This document shows, piece after piece, positions 1 to 10,930 of a DNA stretch of 64,000 nt. The notes beneath the pieces were generated by a model. That model did no database searches, was not told where the DNA came from, and saw only the letters and a list, made by a program, of their open reading frames with translations. The stretch comes from Naegleria gruberi. Taxonomy: Eukaryota. Location of the stretch: NCBI GenBank assembly GCA_000004985.1, contig GG738866.1; one strand, written 5' to 3'. Position 1 is the first letter of the stretch. Each line of letters starts with the position of its first letter. Position numbers and translations under genes: made by a program.

Positions 1-973
1 TGTTGTCATTGTGGAGAATGCAAGTGTGGCCATCAATGCAATTTTCAGATCCATTCCATTCACAAAGAAGGACAAGATTATCTACTTTAATACTGCATAT
101 GGTATGGTTCAAAAGACTATTGCCTACATTCATGATTTCTATGGTACTGAGCTTGTTGAAGTAACGTTTACTTTGGAAGATTTACAATCGGTGGAATCAA
201 TTTTATCCAAGGTTAAAGAGGTTGCTCTTGCCAATAAGGAAAACACCACCATTGCTGTCTTTAGTCATATTGTTTCTACACCAGCAATTGTTTTACCAGT
301 CAAAGAACTCGTTCAATTTTTCAATACATTGAACGTTCCAAGTGTTATTGATGGTGCTCATGCCATTGGTAGTATTCCATTCAATGTTACTGAAATTGGA
401 TCTGATTATTATCTCAGTAATGCCCACAAGTGGTTGTTCACTCCAAAATCATCATGCGTTTTGTGGAAGAATCCAAATGCAAGATTCCAAATCCATCCAA
501 CAGTTATTAGTTATGGTTATACCACTACTCCAGTTCAAAGTTATCAAAAGGAATTTTCCTATGTTGGAACCAGAGATTACTCTGCCTATTTGTCTATCAA
601 GGATGCAATAGAATGGAGACAAAGAGTTTGTGGAGGTGAGGAAAATATTATGAAATATAATACTGAACTTGCAATTAAGATTGGTGAATTATATTCCCAA
701 ATATTTGGAACTCATTTATTGACAGAAGATAAACGACTCTGGTCAGGTTCTATGGCTAATATTAGACTCCCTTTCACTGATAATATGGACTTTTGGTACA
801 AGGTGAATCAAATAATTTATGAAAAGTTCAACTCTTTCCCAATCTTTTTTGAATTTGACAAGAAGGCATACATTAGAGTTTCAGCTCAAATTTACAACTC
901 TATTGAAGATTATCAAAAAATTGGTTTGGCTATTTATGAAACTGCCAAACAATTATTCAATGAACAAAAGTAA
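1..973 (+). CDS. PLP-dependent class V aminotransferase-fold enzyme (isopenicillin-N-epimerase/cysteine-desulfurase-like), 5' partial
   Basis: ORF is open to the window edge. Motifs IDGAHAIG and SNAHKWLF (S-x-HK PLP-lysine signature of the class V fold). Product length and conservation fit this family. Confidence 0.55.
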   Translation, partial: VVIVENASVAINAIFRSIPFTKKDKIIYFNTAYGMVQKTIAYIHDFYGTELVEVTFTLEDLQSVESILSKVKEVALANKENTTIAVFSHIVSTPAIVLPVKELVQFFNTLNVPSVIDGAHAIGSIPFNVTEIGSDYYLSNAHKWLFTPKSSCVLWKNPNARFQIHPTVISYGYTTTPVQSYQKEFSYVGTRDYSAYLSIKDAIEWRQRVCGGEENIMKYNTELAIKIGELYSQIFGTHLLTEDKRLWSGSMANIRLPFTDNMDFWYKVNQIIYEKFNSFPIFFEFDKKAYIRVSAQIYNSIEDYQKIGLAIYETAKQLFNEQK

Positions 974-1106
974 AACCTCTACCTATATTCCCATTTGATT
1001 GCAAAACAAGCTCAATACAAAATTCATTCCTCAACCAAAATTTCAAACCGTGTCGTTGAATTATTGAAATTGTGGCAAGATAGAGAATTTGTAAAACACC
1101 TTGTAG

Positions 1107-1537
1107 GTATTTATCTGGTTAAAAAATAGAGAAATTATTTTACACTTTATTAGAAAGTCCTATTATGCTGTCTTGTACTCTGGATTGCCTTCTTTTATGT
1201 ATGACTTTAGAAATGATAGAGAAGTCATGTTGGCATTTGTTCAAAAGTGGGGAGTTGGATTAGGTGGTGCTAGTTCAGAATTGAAGTTGTAATGGAAGCA
1301 GTTAAGCAAAATGGATGTGCTCGACGATATGCCTCTAAAGAATTGCAATCTGATAGACAAGTTGTAATGGCTGCTGTTTGTTCTAATGGTCATGTTTTGC
1401 AATATCTTTTACCTGAATTTAGAGATGACAAAGAAATTGTATTGAAAAATTATGATCTTGAGAATGCATCTGATAGACTGAAATCAGATAGAGAATTTGT
1501 AATGACAATGATTAAGCAAAAGGGAACCATCAAGTGA
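1107..1537 (+). pseudogene. DUF4116-like repeat gene remnant (frame break at 1290, no plausible start codon)
   Basis: Frame 0 reads ...DFRNDREVMLAFVQKWGVGLGGASSELKL* and stops at 1290-1292. Frame +2 continues with ...EVVMEAVKQNGCARRYASKELQSDRQVVMAAV... Both match the ~30-aa periodic motif of the neighbouring DUF4116-like genes. No GT-AG intron of sensible size restores the frame. Confidence 0.4.
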
Positions 1538-1627
1538 GGTAATGAGTGGTAATTTCTCAATATTGACTAATAGAAAATGTTCATTTCTTCTTCATTAAAC
1601 TATTTTACATGAAAATATCCAATTATT

Positions 1628-2803
1628 TCAATAAATAAAGTTGTAATACTTGTTTGTTGCAAGTTCTGGTATTTCCTTCAATAGGTCATTCATGTACTTT
1701 CTATTATTCAAATATTTAGGAGCTATAAATTTTTCCAATGACAGATTTTCCTTACACACTTGGTATGCCTTAACGAGTGACATTTTGAAAATTTCCTCAT
1801 CTTCTCTAAACCAAAAAGGAATCTCATAGATATATTTTGTTTTTTGAATGCATCTCTTAACAATTTCTTCATCCTTTCTAAACTCATAAGGAACAAGGAA
1901 TAGTGGCAAATTCATTCCAACTAATTGATATACCAATTCTCTATTTTCTCTCATTACTTTTGGAAGTTCAGAATAGGCAAAGTAGTTTCTCCTAACAACT
2001 TCCTTAACAAATGAGAAATCATGTTGCAATCTCTCACTAATATATCCAACATTATTTGGAGAGGAAATACATGCTGATAGAGCAATCTGTCTATCATCGA
2101 GCATTTCCTTAGGAAGTTTGTAATATAATATTTTCAATTCTCGAATTTTCACATACAATTCCACAACTTGCTTATCATTTAAATATATTTCTGGAAGTTT
2201 GAATTCAAAATTATGGAAATATGAACTAACACTCTTCAGTACTCTCATTACAATATCTCGATCATTCTTCATTTCATCTGAAAACAATTTATAACATCTC
2301 GGACAAGATGTCACAGCTTTAAGACACACCCTCTTATCCTTCTTCAATTCATCACTCAAATGTACATAAAAGTAACCAAATTGTGAAACTGCTCTAATAG
2401 CAATTCGAATACTATTTCTCAATCGTTCAGAAATTTGCAAAAAAGTGTTTTCACACCTAATAAACCTCAACATGTGCCAAGCCACCAACTCATTATCCAC
2501 ATATTCTTTCGGAATCGTATAGTATCGAGGTAATTTCTTATAAGTATGCTTTCGGAATGATTTTAAAAATTCATACGATTTCTCATAATCATGCAAAAAT
2601 CGTTCCGATGCTTGTTTCCAAATGTTTTTCAATAGATTGGAAAGATTATCTGAATCAGAATGTGTATACTCATCATGATCATTTTTATTTGATCGGGTTG
2701 TGGTGGTGGTGGTGGTGGGCGGTGATGGGAGAAAATCATAGAGAATGAGTTGGACCATTTTTTTTTGTAATGCAACTCGAATTTGCACTTTATATTGTGT
2801 CAA
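1628..2803 (-). CDS. DUF4116-like repeat protein (divergent)
   Basis: 391-aa ORF with repeated L..D+.I...A.....N..Y.S..L+.D..FV units (SDELKKDKRVCLKAV, SDEMKNDRDIVMRVL, LPKEMLDDRQIALSAC...ISERLQHDFSFVKEVV). Family call made from memory of the DUF4116 periodicity. Confidence 0.5.
   Translation of the reverse strand: MTQYKVQIRVALQKKMVQLILYDFLPSPPTTTTTTTRSNKNDHDEYTHSDSDNLSNLLKNIWKQASERFLHDYEKSYEFLKSFRKHTYKKLPRYYTIPKEYVDNELVAWHMLRFIRCENTFLQISERLRNSIRIAIRAVSQFGYFYVHLSDELKKDKRVCLKAVTSCPRCYKLFSDEMKNDRDIVMRVLKSVSSYFHNFEFKLPEIYLNDKQVVELYVKIRELKILYYKLPKEMLDDRQIALSACISSPNNVGYISERLQHDFSFVKEVVRRNYFAYSELPKVMRENRELVYQLVGMNLPLFLVPYEFRKDEEIVKRCIQKTKYIYEIPFWFREDEEIFKMSLVKAYQVCKENLSLEKFIAPKYLNNRKYMNDLLKEIPELATNKYYNFIY
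2698..2721. repeat. (GGT)n / (ACC)n microsatellite encoding a Thr7 run in the minus-strand gene
   Basis: ggtggtggtggtggtggtggg on the plus strand, translated as PTTTTTTT in the 1628..2803(-) protein. Confidence 0.8.
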
Positions 2804-3118
2804 TATTTATTTGAAACAATTTAAAGTCAAATGTGTTTTTGGTGTGAAAATCAATTTTTTGATTACCATTGATTCTGATAATGTTTAGTATTTTGAAATG
2901 GAAAAGGTTTATGGAGTGATACATGGAATGGTATTAGAATCTTGTGATTGGAATTTCATGAATTGTTACTCACAATTTCTTTCTTGCAAGTTCACACTTC
3001 TCACAGATTTATACTAGAAAGTTGAACCAACAGGTATTAATACATAATTTACATCTATCCCTCTTTAAAAATCATCCCTCAAAAACAACCAACCCAATCA
3101 AATACTTTACAAAAAAAA

Positions 3119-4043
3119 ATGAAACAAGATCAATGCACTGTTGCTCCTTCACCATCATCCTTGTGTGAAAGTGGTGGATTGTTTCCTGCAGAAATTTGGG
3201 TCCACATTCTTTCCTATCTACCTTCACCGTATATTCCGAATAGTGAGAATAATTCCGATCAAGAATTCAGAAAACAAGTTTTGGAATGGAATCAACTGAG
3301 AGAGAAATCATCCTCTATTTATTATGCTTGTAAATTTGCTATAATGGAGATGGATTTATCTTCATGGTTTCGTATGGATTTGAAAGAAATTGAGACGGCT
3401 TCCAAGTCAATTATACTACCTGGAGTAAAGAGAATAACTTATGAGGAAAATTTTCAAAAGAGATTTTCCAAAGAGAAAGGAGTTAATCCAATTTAATGCA
3501 ACTCAAATGGGTAAGATAATGATGAGACAGGAAAGTGCGTTTCAAATTATCTTGAATGGATTGGCTAATGGTTTTGCAAATGTGAAAAAGTTAAATCTCG
3601 ATGGATGGTACTTTTTGAAAGAGGAAGAATTGCAGAAAATTTGTGAAAATTTGAAATGTTTGGAGAGTTTATCCATTGTCAAATGTCAGAGAATTAGGGA
3701 TTTGGAATTGAGTAAGATTTCTAATCTGAATAATTTGAGAATTCACATCAATCAAATCAAATTAAGAATTAATATTGAAAGGAAAACAAGACAACAAAAT
3801 TTCAACATTGATATAGTTGATGGATTTTCCTTATTTTTCAAAACTTTGGATGGTTTTGGATTTTCAGAGCAATATCATTATTTATACTTTATTAAGGATA
3901 TGAAACCCTTATTGGAAAAGAGAATGGGAGTTTCATGGGAGAAGATTCGGTTCATCTTTGCTGGAAAGGAAATTGAGAATGAAAGAAGATTTGCTGATTA
4001 CTGTGTCTGCAAGGATAGTACCGTGCACGTTATTAAAAGGTAG
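3119..4043 (+). CDS. F-box-like / leucine-rich-repeat protein with C-terminal ubiquitin-like domain; putative 49-nt intron 3482..3530
   Basis: N-terminus AEIWVHILSYLPSP is F-box-like. The middle has LRR-type L..L.L...-L units. The C-terminus KIRFIFAGKEIENERRFADYCVCKDSTVHVIKR aligns to the second half of ubiquitin ([31 protein letters not shown]). Two ORFs in frames 2 and 0 overlap at 3441..3496. The only in-frame GT..AG join is GTTAAT...GACAG at 3482..3530 (length = 1 mod 3). Confidence 0.5.
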
Positions 4044-4148
4044 ATGAATTGTACATATCAAGCCCTATTTAATTTTGAATAAACCTGACTAATCTTTCAT
4101 AAGCGAAATTCGTTTCGAACAATCACAAAGTTAAAGTTTACAAAAAAA

Positions 4149-6099
4149 ATGAACTCCCATATCACCACTCTCATTCTCGTCGATTTCAAAATTGACACGA
4201 TCAACAACCAACTGCACAACTTGTTGAGGAATAAATTTTCCAATCAACAAAAAGGAAGACTTGTCTATTTAGAAAACAGAGAAAAATCATACAATTTTAT
4301 TCCGATAGAATTTACCAGAGATTTGGCATTTGTTTTGAAAATATTGGAAAGATTGAACGAGTATAATTCGTGTTGTACATTTGAAGAGTTGCTCAATCAT
4401 ATTCCGAATGGAATTTTACAAAATCCCAAAAGTTATTGCAAAATTATGTCAAATTTACATTGAAAAGTTTGGTTGTTTGGGAAATCAGTGGAATAATTTC
4501 ACACAATTATTTGCAAATAATAGAGAAATGGTCCTTGAAATTCTCAAATTGAATCCAAGTGCACTTCGATTTGTGTCGGCTGAATTTCAGAATGATTATG
4601 AGATTGTAATGACTGCTGTGAAAGTGAATGGATTTTCATTGAAATATGCTTCAGATATATTGAAGGGAAATAGACAAGTTGTAACTCAAGCTGTGATGAC
4701 TGATGGATTTGCACTTGATTTTGCATCTAGTGAATTGATGAATGATATAGATTTACAGAAAATGGCTATTCGAAACAATCCTAATATGTTTTCATGTCTT
4801 GTGAACAAGCTAACCATTTTTGAAATTGAAAATGAAGTTCTTGAACTTGCTCTTCATTTACATGGAAAATCCCTAGCTCTAATTCCAAACACTTTTCACA
4901 ATTACAGAGATCTTGTTTTACTAGCTGTCAAGAATGATGGTAAAGCTCTTTCACATGCCACAGAAACTTTGAAAGCAGATAGAGAAATTGTATGGGAAGC
5001 TGTATCTCAGAATGGCTTTGCATTATTCTATGCCTCTCCTGAACTCAAGAAGGATAGAGAAATTATTCTAAAAGCTCTAGAAACTTCGAGCACTTGCTAC
5101 CTCTCCTTGCCGATTGATTTTCAAGAAGATTTGGAAATTATTCAGCAAACTCTTCGGTATTTCCCCAATGCTCTTCAATTTATTCGTTCCACAAATTTGG
5201 ATATCCAATTCCTCACTTCTGTGGTAGAGAAAAATCCTCTCCTACTTAAGTATGCGTCTAGAGTGCGTAAGGATAAGAATTTAGTATTGAAATCAGTTGA
5301 ATTGGATGGCAATAATCTTCAGTATGCTGATTCGGAATTGAGACAAGATCCTGAATTGATCTTGAAAGCAGCTCAGCAAAATATTAAATCACTCGTATTT
5401 GCCAAAAATATGGGAAAGGAGCTCTTAATAGAGTTATCTGAAATGAATGGATTTTTACTTGATTATGTATGGAATCAACTTGGAGAATTAAAGACAGACA
5501 GAGATTTTATAATAGCCTGTCTCAAAAGAAATGGAAGGAACTTTATAGTTCTCGATCAATCAATGAGGGATGATAGAGAAATACTCAATATTGCATTAGA
5601 AACTTTTGGAACAGCCCTATACTATTCTGATAAGAGGTTTAGATATGAGTATGAGATGGTAAAGAAGGCGGTTCGAGATAGTCCCGATATTCATACCTCC
5701 ATTCCACGAGTTGTTATTGACAGAGAAATTGTCAAAACGATTCTTTCTGTAAAGGGGATTTTGTTTCATGAATTTTACAGGTTTAATAATGATATTGAGC
5801 TTGTCATGACAGCCGTCAAACAAAATGGGAAGAGTTTTAAATATGCCAGTGAAAATATAGTAAGGGATCCAGAGGTGCAGACGCTAGTTGTAAAAGAAAG
5901 TGGGTTTTGCTTTCAACCAAATGCAGAACTATTTCAATCACGAATGGAACATTGTTACTTTGGTGCTTATCAATATGAACATTTACCATTCTATCCATTC
6001 AATAATTATCCAATGGAATATTTCTACAGTTACAACACATACAATTCAGAAGTTAGATTACCAGATTACAGTGAACTTTTAAAACCTTTACAAAAATAA
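4149..6099 (+). CDS. large DUF4116-like repeat protein (~16 repeat units), probably one short intron near 4372-4432
   Basis: At least 15 tandem units of the type FQNDYEIVMTAVKVNGFSLKYASDILKGNRQVV. ORFs 4149..4463 and 4381..6099 overlap in different frames. GT..AG spans 4372..4432 (61 nt) or 4375..4432 (58 nt) join them in frame. Confidence 0.55.
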
Positions 6100-6130
6100 G
6101 TTTCTGATAAATGTATAGTTCAATATCTTT

Positions 6131-7751
6131 TCACTTTGATTGGTTTGTGATTTGATTCAAGTAATTATTGATAAAATTAATTTTACGCTTAATGGGACTT
6201 GTTTCCTTATATGAAGCACATTGTTTCATGACAGTTTGTGTTAACTGTTGTAAATTAGAGTTTTTCAAATAGAGTTGAAAGTTTTTCAGTCCAAGAACCT
6301 TTCTAATATTATTCATTCGCGATTCGAATTGTTCCACCTCTACATGTTGATAAACTAGACGAAAGCATTGAATTGTATCGTCATATTTGATAACCTTACT
6401 CCATATCTTGTCAAAAATACTTCCATTCTTACACATTTCCGTGAATGAGTCTTTATAATTCTTTCTTTGGAGTATAGATTCGAATGTATTGAAATGTATA
6501 GCCGTTTGAACAATTGAATCTTGAAAAAGCTCATTTTCCATCTCCAACCCGATTGCCTTAGTATTCATTGTCAACAAATGATCATAGATCTTGATAAATG
6601 ATTTGATGTCTTTCGAAAGAGAGTTCAATAATTTTACAATGGATAAAACTTCAATTATTGTAAAACTTCTCTCTGAAAAATTACTGTAAATTGAAATGAT
6701 TTCCAACATTTCCTTCAAACAATTTGGATCATTTTCAAAATAGTTATAAAAATAGTAAAATGCAGATATCATTTCTTTCACAGCCAAAAGAATTAGCTCT
6801 GCATCTTCATTTTCCAATAATAATTCCGAAAGCTCTCTAAGTTTTTTAAAATCCTTCTTTGCAAACAATGCTTGCACAACACAAAATTTGAAATCGCCAT
6901 CTCTTCCATATGGATTCTCAAATAAAAACTTTAAGATTGAAGAGGAAACATTTCTTCTTTCTTTCAAATTTGGTACAACACATGACGAAACTAAGCAATC
7001 AAATAAATCGTCGTCCATGTCTGTAACAAGTTCAATATAAGCTGCTAAATATTTCAAATTTAGCCAACCATCTGTTGATGAGATATCGATTCGTTTTCTA
7101 TTGAAAATTATTCGAATCAAATCCAACATGTTTTCATCCTTGAATGGATTTAACTTTTTTGTTTTGTGAATTGGAAATTTCAGTTGAATAATCAGTTTTC
7201 AATCTTTGAAGCCATTTTAGAATGTGGCTGAAATGACTAAAGTCTTGTGTTACTCCATGGATTCTATCCAGTCTCATTCGAAATGTTTCTAATTTCCGAT
7301 GGTTTGTGTAATTTGGATCTACTAAGAGATTTAAATAATTGCATGACATTGAACTATCCGAAAATTCACAAGTGCTAATGAACAGAGAGGCACTATTCAT
7401 CATGGAAATAAAATTCGAAACCTTTAGTTTACCCATCCTTCCATCATTTGCCAACTCTTTTCCTTTCTTTTCTCTATATATCAAATAACATGCTCCTGCA
7501 ATTCTACTCCATAATTCAAGGATTGGAACATATAATTCACTATCACCCACTAAAATATCATAAAACATTCGTTTTGAAATTAGAATATAATTTTGTAATT
7601 CTTCAAATGCTGAAAGAAATACAAGTTTTGATGATTTGTTGGTGAGTAGCTCTATGGGAATGATAAATTTCAAGATTTGTAATCTCATTTCAGATGGCAA
7701 GTCCAGTAAAGTTTGTTGATCTGAAAAATCTTCCATTTCAATTATCGACAT
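6131..7751 (-). CDS. F-box-like protein, interrupted: two ORFs (7751..7134 and 7129..6131) separated by TGA plus 4 nt
   Basis: N-terminal LLDLPSEMRLQILKFIIPIELL is F-box-like. The downstream ORF frame is already open through the upstream ORF's C-terminus. A +1 shift at the A6 run (AACAAAAAAGTT, plus 7153-7164) gives a continuous ...NSQNKKLNPFKDENMLDLIR... product. The alternative is a 100-nt GTAACA..AG intron. Confidence 0.45.
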
Positions 7752-8228
7752 TTTTTTGAAATATGAAAATCAACTTCAAAATTGAGAAATCAAAAATTCT
7801 TCTCAAGATGCATCATGATTTTTGATCAGGAAATTCCTTCAAAACTTAATAGCAAACACCTCATTCTTTCAATACCATTTCCAACCCATCACTCTCTTAA
7901 TGCTATTCTGAAAATATTACACCTCCTCTCCATTCAGAACACTTTACAATAAATATTTTCCAAGTGTTCATCATGTTCTTTTTTTCATTTGTGAGATGGA
8001 ACTTCACAAGTGAAGCTTCTGCTAATGGTGATGAACAAGTTTTCTCTCTCGCGATCAAAGTTAAAAATACACTCGCCGTGCTGAACATGCTTGCAAAAAT
8101 AATCAAGAAAAAATTGGTCGACGAGAACAAGCTATTTCCTCACAGTTTGAAGAAGCATACTTTAAAATCGTCATCATCATTAATTGTTGTACATTGTATT
8201 ATTATTTATTTGTTATATTACTTTGAAG

Positions 8229-9857
8229 ATGTCCTATATTCTCTCACCAATTTCACCATCACCTGTCGAATTTCCTGATGAATCAAAGTGGAAGGAAAGA
8301 CAAGATCGTCAATTGCGTTTGTGGGGAGTTCACGGTCAAGCTAGAATTGATTCTGCTCAAGTTTGTCTTTTGAATGCCACTGCTGTTGGTTGCGAAGTTT
8401 TGAAGAATATTGTTCTTCCAGGTTTTGGAAGCTTTTCTGTTGTTGATGCTCAAAAGGTCACTCCAAGAGATTTGGGAAGAAACTTTTACTTGAGAAAATC
8501 GGATTTGGAAAGAAATAGAGCTGAAGCTGTCTCTGAAATTATTGCAGAATTGAATCCAGAAGTTAAAGGTCAATTCCTTGCTGAAGATCCACTTGTTGTC
8601 ATTGAAAAATCACCAGAATTCTTTGATCAATTCAATTATATCATTGCTTCACAAATGCCTATGCATCACGTTGAAAAATTGGCCAAATATTGTCATGAAA
8701 AGAACAAGATCCTTGTTGCTGTTCGTTCATATGGTATGATCGGCTATTTACGTATCTTTACAAAGAGCCACACTATTGTTGAAGCTAAATTAGATACTCA
8801 AATTGATGATTTACGTATCACAAAACCATGGTTGGACTTTTTAAAGTTCTGTGATCTCCAAGAATTGGATGCTATGGATAATAATGCCCTCGCTCACACT
8901 GCCTACCCAATCTTGTTGGTCAAGGCTTTACAACAATGGAAATCATCTCACAATAACCAATTACCACAATCAAGAGCTGACAAGGAAGAATTCCAAAATA
9001 CTATCAAGGGTCTTTCCAAGTCATGGACCATGTTGACAAACTTTGAAGAAGCTTTAGATAAGGCTCACTTTTGTTATTCTGAACCACAAATTCCAGACTC
9101 TGTTAGTGCTGTTTTCAATGATGAACTTTGCACAAATTTGACAAAGGAATCTGATGATTTCTGGGTTATGGCTGCCTCTGTTAAAAAGTTTGTTGAAAAT
9201 GAAGGACAAGGTTTATTACCACTTCAAGGACGTGTTCCAGATATGCAATCTGATACTGAACGTTATGTTAAAATGCAATCACTTTTCAGAAAGAAGGCTC
9301 GTGCTGATATGGAAATTGTTAAAAAGTACATGAAGGAATTTTTGACACAAGTTGGTAGACCAGAAGATTCCATTCCAGAAATGGATCTTAAGGAATTCTG
9401 TAAAAATGCTTACTACTTGCGTGCAATTCATTTCAGATCTTTGGAACAAGAACTAAAGTCACCAAACAAGGAAGAAATTCAATCACACATGCAATGGAAT
9501 GAAGATTCAACCATGCCATTCTATGTCTGTTTCCGTGCCATTGATAGATTCTTGGAAAAGAAGGGATACTACCCAGGTCAAGAAGATGAAAATGTTGAAG
9601 CTGACACTGTTGAATTGAGAAAGATTGTTGATGAATTGCTTGTTGAATTTGGTGTTTCCGAATCTTGTCATGATATGGATAAGTATGTTGGTGAAATGGT
9701 CAGATATGGTGGTTGTGAACTCCATAATATTTCATCATTGATGGGAGGTGTTGCTGGTCAAGAATTGATCAAGTTGTGTACCAGACAACGTATTCCTGTT
9801 AATAATACTTGGGTCTTCTCTGGTATCAAGTCAATTTCGATTGCTTTTGAAGCATAA
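8229..9857 (+). CDS. NAE1: NEDD8-activating enzyme E1 regulatory subunit (APP-BP1 / ULA1)
   Basis: DRQLRLWGVHGQ...VCLLNATAVGCEVLKNIVLPGFGSFSVVD...LGRNFYL...NRAEA is collinear with NAE1 N-terminal ThiF-like fold. The C-terminal region FLGGVAGQELIKL is also conserved. No introns are needed. Confidence 0.85.
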   Translation: MSYILSPISPSPVEFPDESKWKERQDRQLRLWGVHGQARIDSAQVCLLNATAVGCEVLKNIVLPGFGSFSVVDAQKVTPRDLGRNFYLRKSDLERNRAEAVSEIIAELNPEVKGQFLAEDPLVVIEKSPEFFDQFNYIIASQMPMHHVEKLAKYCHEKNKILVAVRSYGMIGYLRIFTKSHTIVEAKLDTQIDDLRITKPWLDFLKFCDLQELDAMDNNALAHTAYPILLVKALQQWKSSHNNQLPQSRADKEEFQNTIKGLSKSWTMLTNFEEALDKAHFCYSEPQIPDSVSAVFNDELCTNLTKESDDFWVMAASVKKFVENEGQGLLPLQGRVPDMQSDTERYVKMQSLFRKKARADMEIVKKYMKEFLTQVGRPEDSIPEMDLKEFCKNAYYLRAIHFRSLEQELKSPNKEEIQSHMQWNEDSTMPFYVCFRAIDRFLEKKGYYPGQEDENVEADTVELRKIVDELLVEFGVSESCHDMDKYVGEMVRYGGCELHNISSLMGGVAGQELIKLCTRQRIPVNNTWVFSGIKSISIAFEA

Positions 9858-10295
9858 ATGTAGTATTAAAAAACCATGTAATAAAAACTAGATTATTTAT
9901 TTAAATTATTATTTAATAGTATCATGATATTGTTGTTTTGCTATTACTATTTTCTATTCCGAAAAGCAATGTGCAAATACATGTCTGTATGATGATTTGA
10001 ATAATTATATGTCAAGGTATTGAAAAACACTTTTCCGCAAAAGAATGCTACTACTAATGTTGTCCTTTTTGATTGTTAAGTTGATGAATTTCTTCATTAC
10101 TCTCTCAAGGTTACGACGTGAGTCCTCTTCATGTTTCCTTGTGGATTGTCATTGTGGTAGAGACAAGAAGCGCGTGGTGTAATTTCTTTGTGTTCTGCTG
10201 TGGAAAAAATATTTTGTAAACATTGATGTATGGTCGTCAACTAGAAATTTTATAAAATTTGTTCGAAAAAAAAACTACAAAGTCAGTTTCTGAAA

Positions 10296-10763
10296 ATGTT
10301 CATTCCAAGCGAAAGCCGTGTTGCTGTTATGCAATACTTGTTCAAGGAAGGTGTTGTCGTCGCCAAGAATGATTTGAGATTAAAGTCTCACCCACACATT
10401 GAAGGTGTTAAGAATTTGCACGTCGTCAAATTCATGCAAGGTTTCGCTGCTAGAGGTTTGGTTAAGCAACAATATGCTTGGAGACATTACTATTGGTTCT
10501 TGACTAACAATGGTGTCAACTTCTTGAGAGAATACTTGAACTTGCCAACCACTGTCGTCCCAGCTACCCACAAGATGACTGGTAAGAAGATCCAAATCAT
10601 CAGCACTGATAGACCAAAGAAGCAATTCAAGGCTGGCGAAAGACCACAATACAGAAATGACAGAAAGACTGCTCCAAAGGAAGGTGAAACCGCTGTCCCA
10701 CAAGGAACTGCTACTGAAAAGCCAAAGACTGGTGGTAGAGGTAAAGGATTCCAACAACAATAA
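10296..10763 (+). CDS. RPS10: 40S ribosomal protein eS10
   Basis: MFIPSESRVAVMQYLFKEGVVVAKND...YAWRHYYWFLTNNGVNFLREYLNLP with an RGG-type tail. Classic eS10. Confidence 0.9.
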   Translation: MFIPSESRVAVMQYLFKEGVVVAKNDLRLKSHPHIEGVKNLHVVKFMQGFAARGLVKQQYAWRHYYWFLTNNGVNFLREYLNLPTTVVPATHKMTGKKIQIISTDRPKKQFKAGERPQYRNDRKTAPKEGETAVPQGTATEKPKTGGRGKGFQQQ

Positions 10764-10930
10764 ATTTGCACCATAGAAAAAACATAAATTATAAAAAAAA
10801 CAATTAACAATATTTTTCTTGTAAGATTCTTAAGCAAAACAAAACTAGTAATTACTAATATTTAATTGATATTGTGATTTGATGATCTGAATAATACAAA
10901 GCGGATATGTAATCCATAATTTATTAAAAA

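Noticed and set aside
3441-7164. Programmed ribosomal frameshifting (Euplotes-like AAA-TAA +1 sites or -1 slippery heptamers) as an explanation for the recurrent frame breaks
   Set aside because: The stop contexts are ATT-TAA, TTG-TAA, CAT-TGA and GGA-TGA, not AAA-TAA or AAA-TAG. TGA is a genuine stop here. The -1 frame at the A6 run hits TAA immediately. Short introns explain most cases.
10380-10837. Antisense ORFs 10380..10760(-) and 10490..10837(-) overlapping RPS10
   Set aside because: The sense strand encodes an unmistakable eS10. The antisense ORFs are compositional artefacts.
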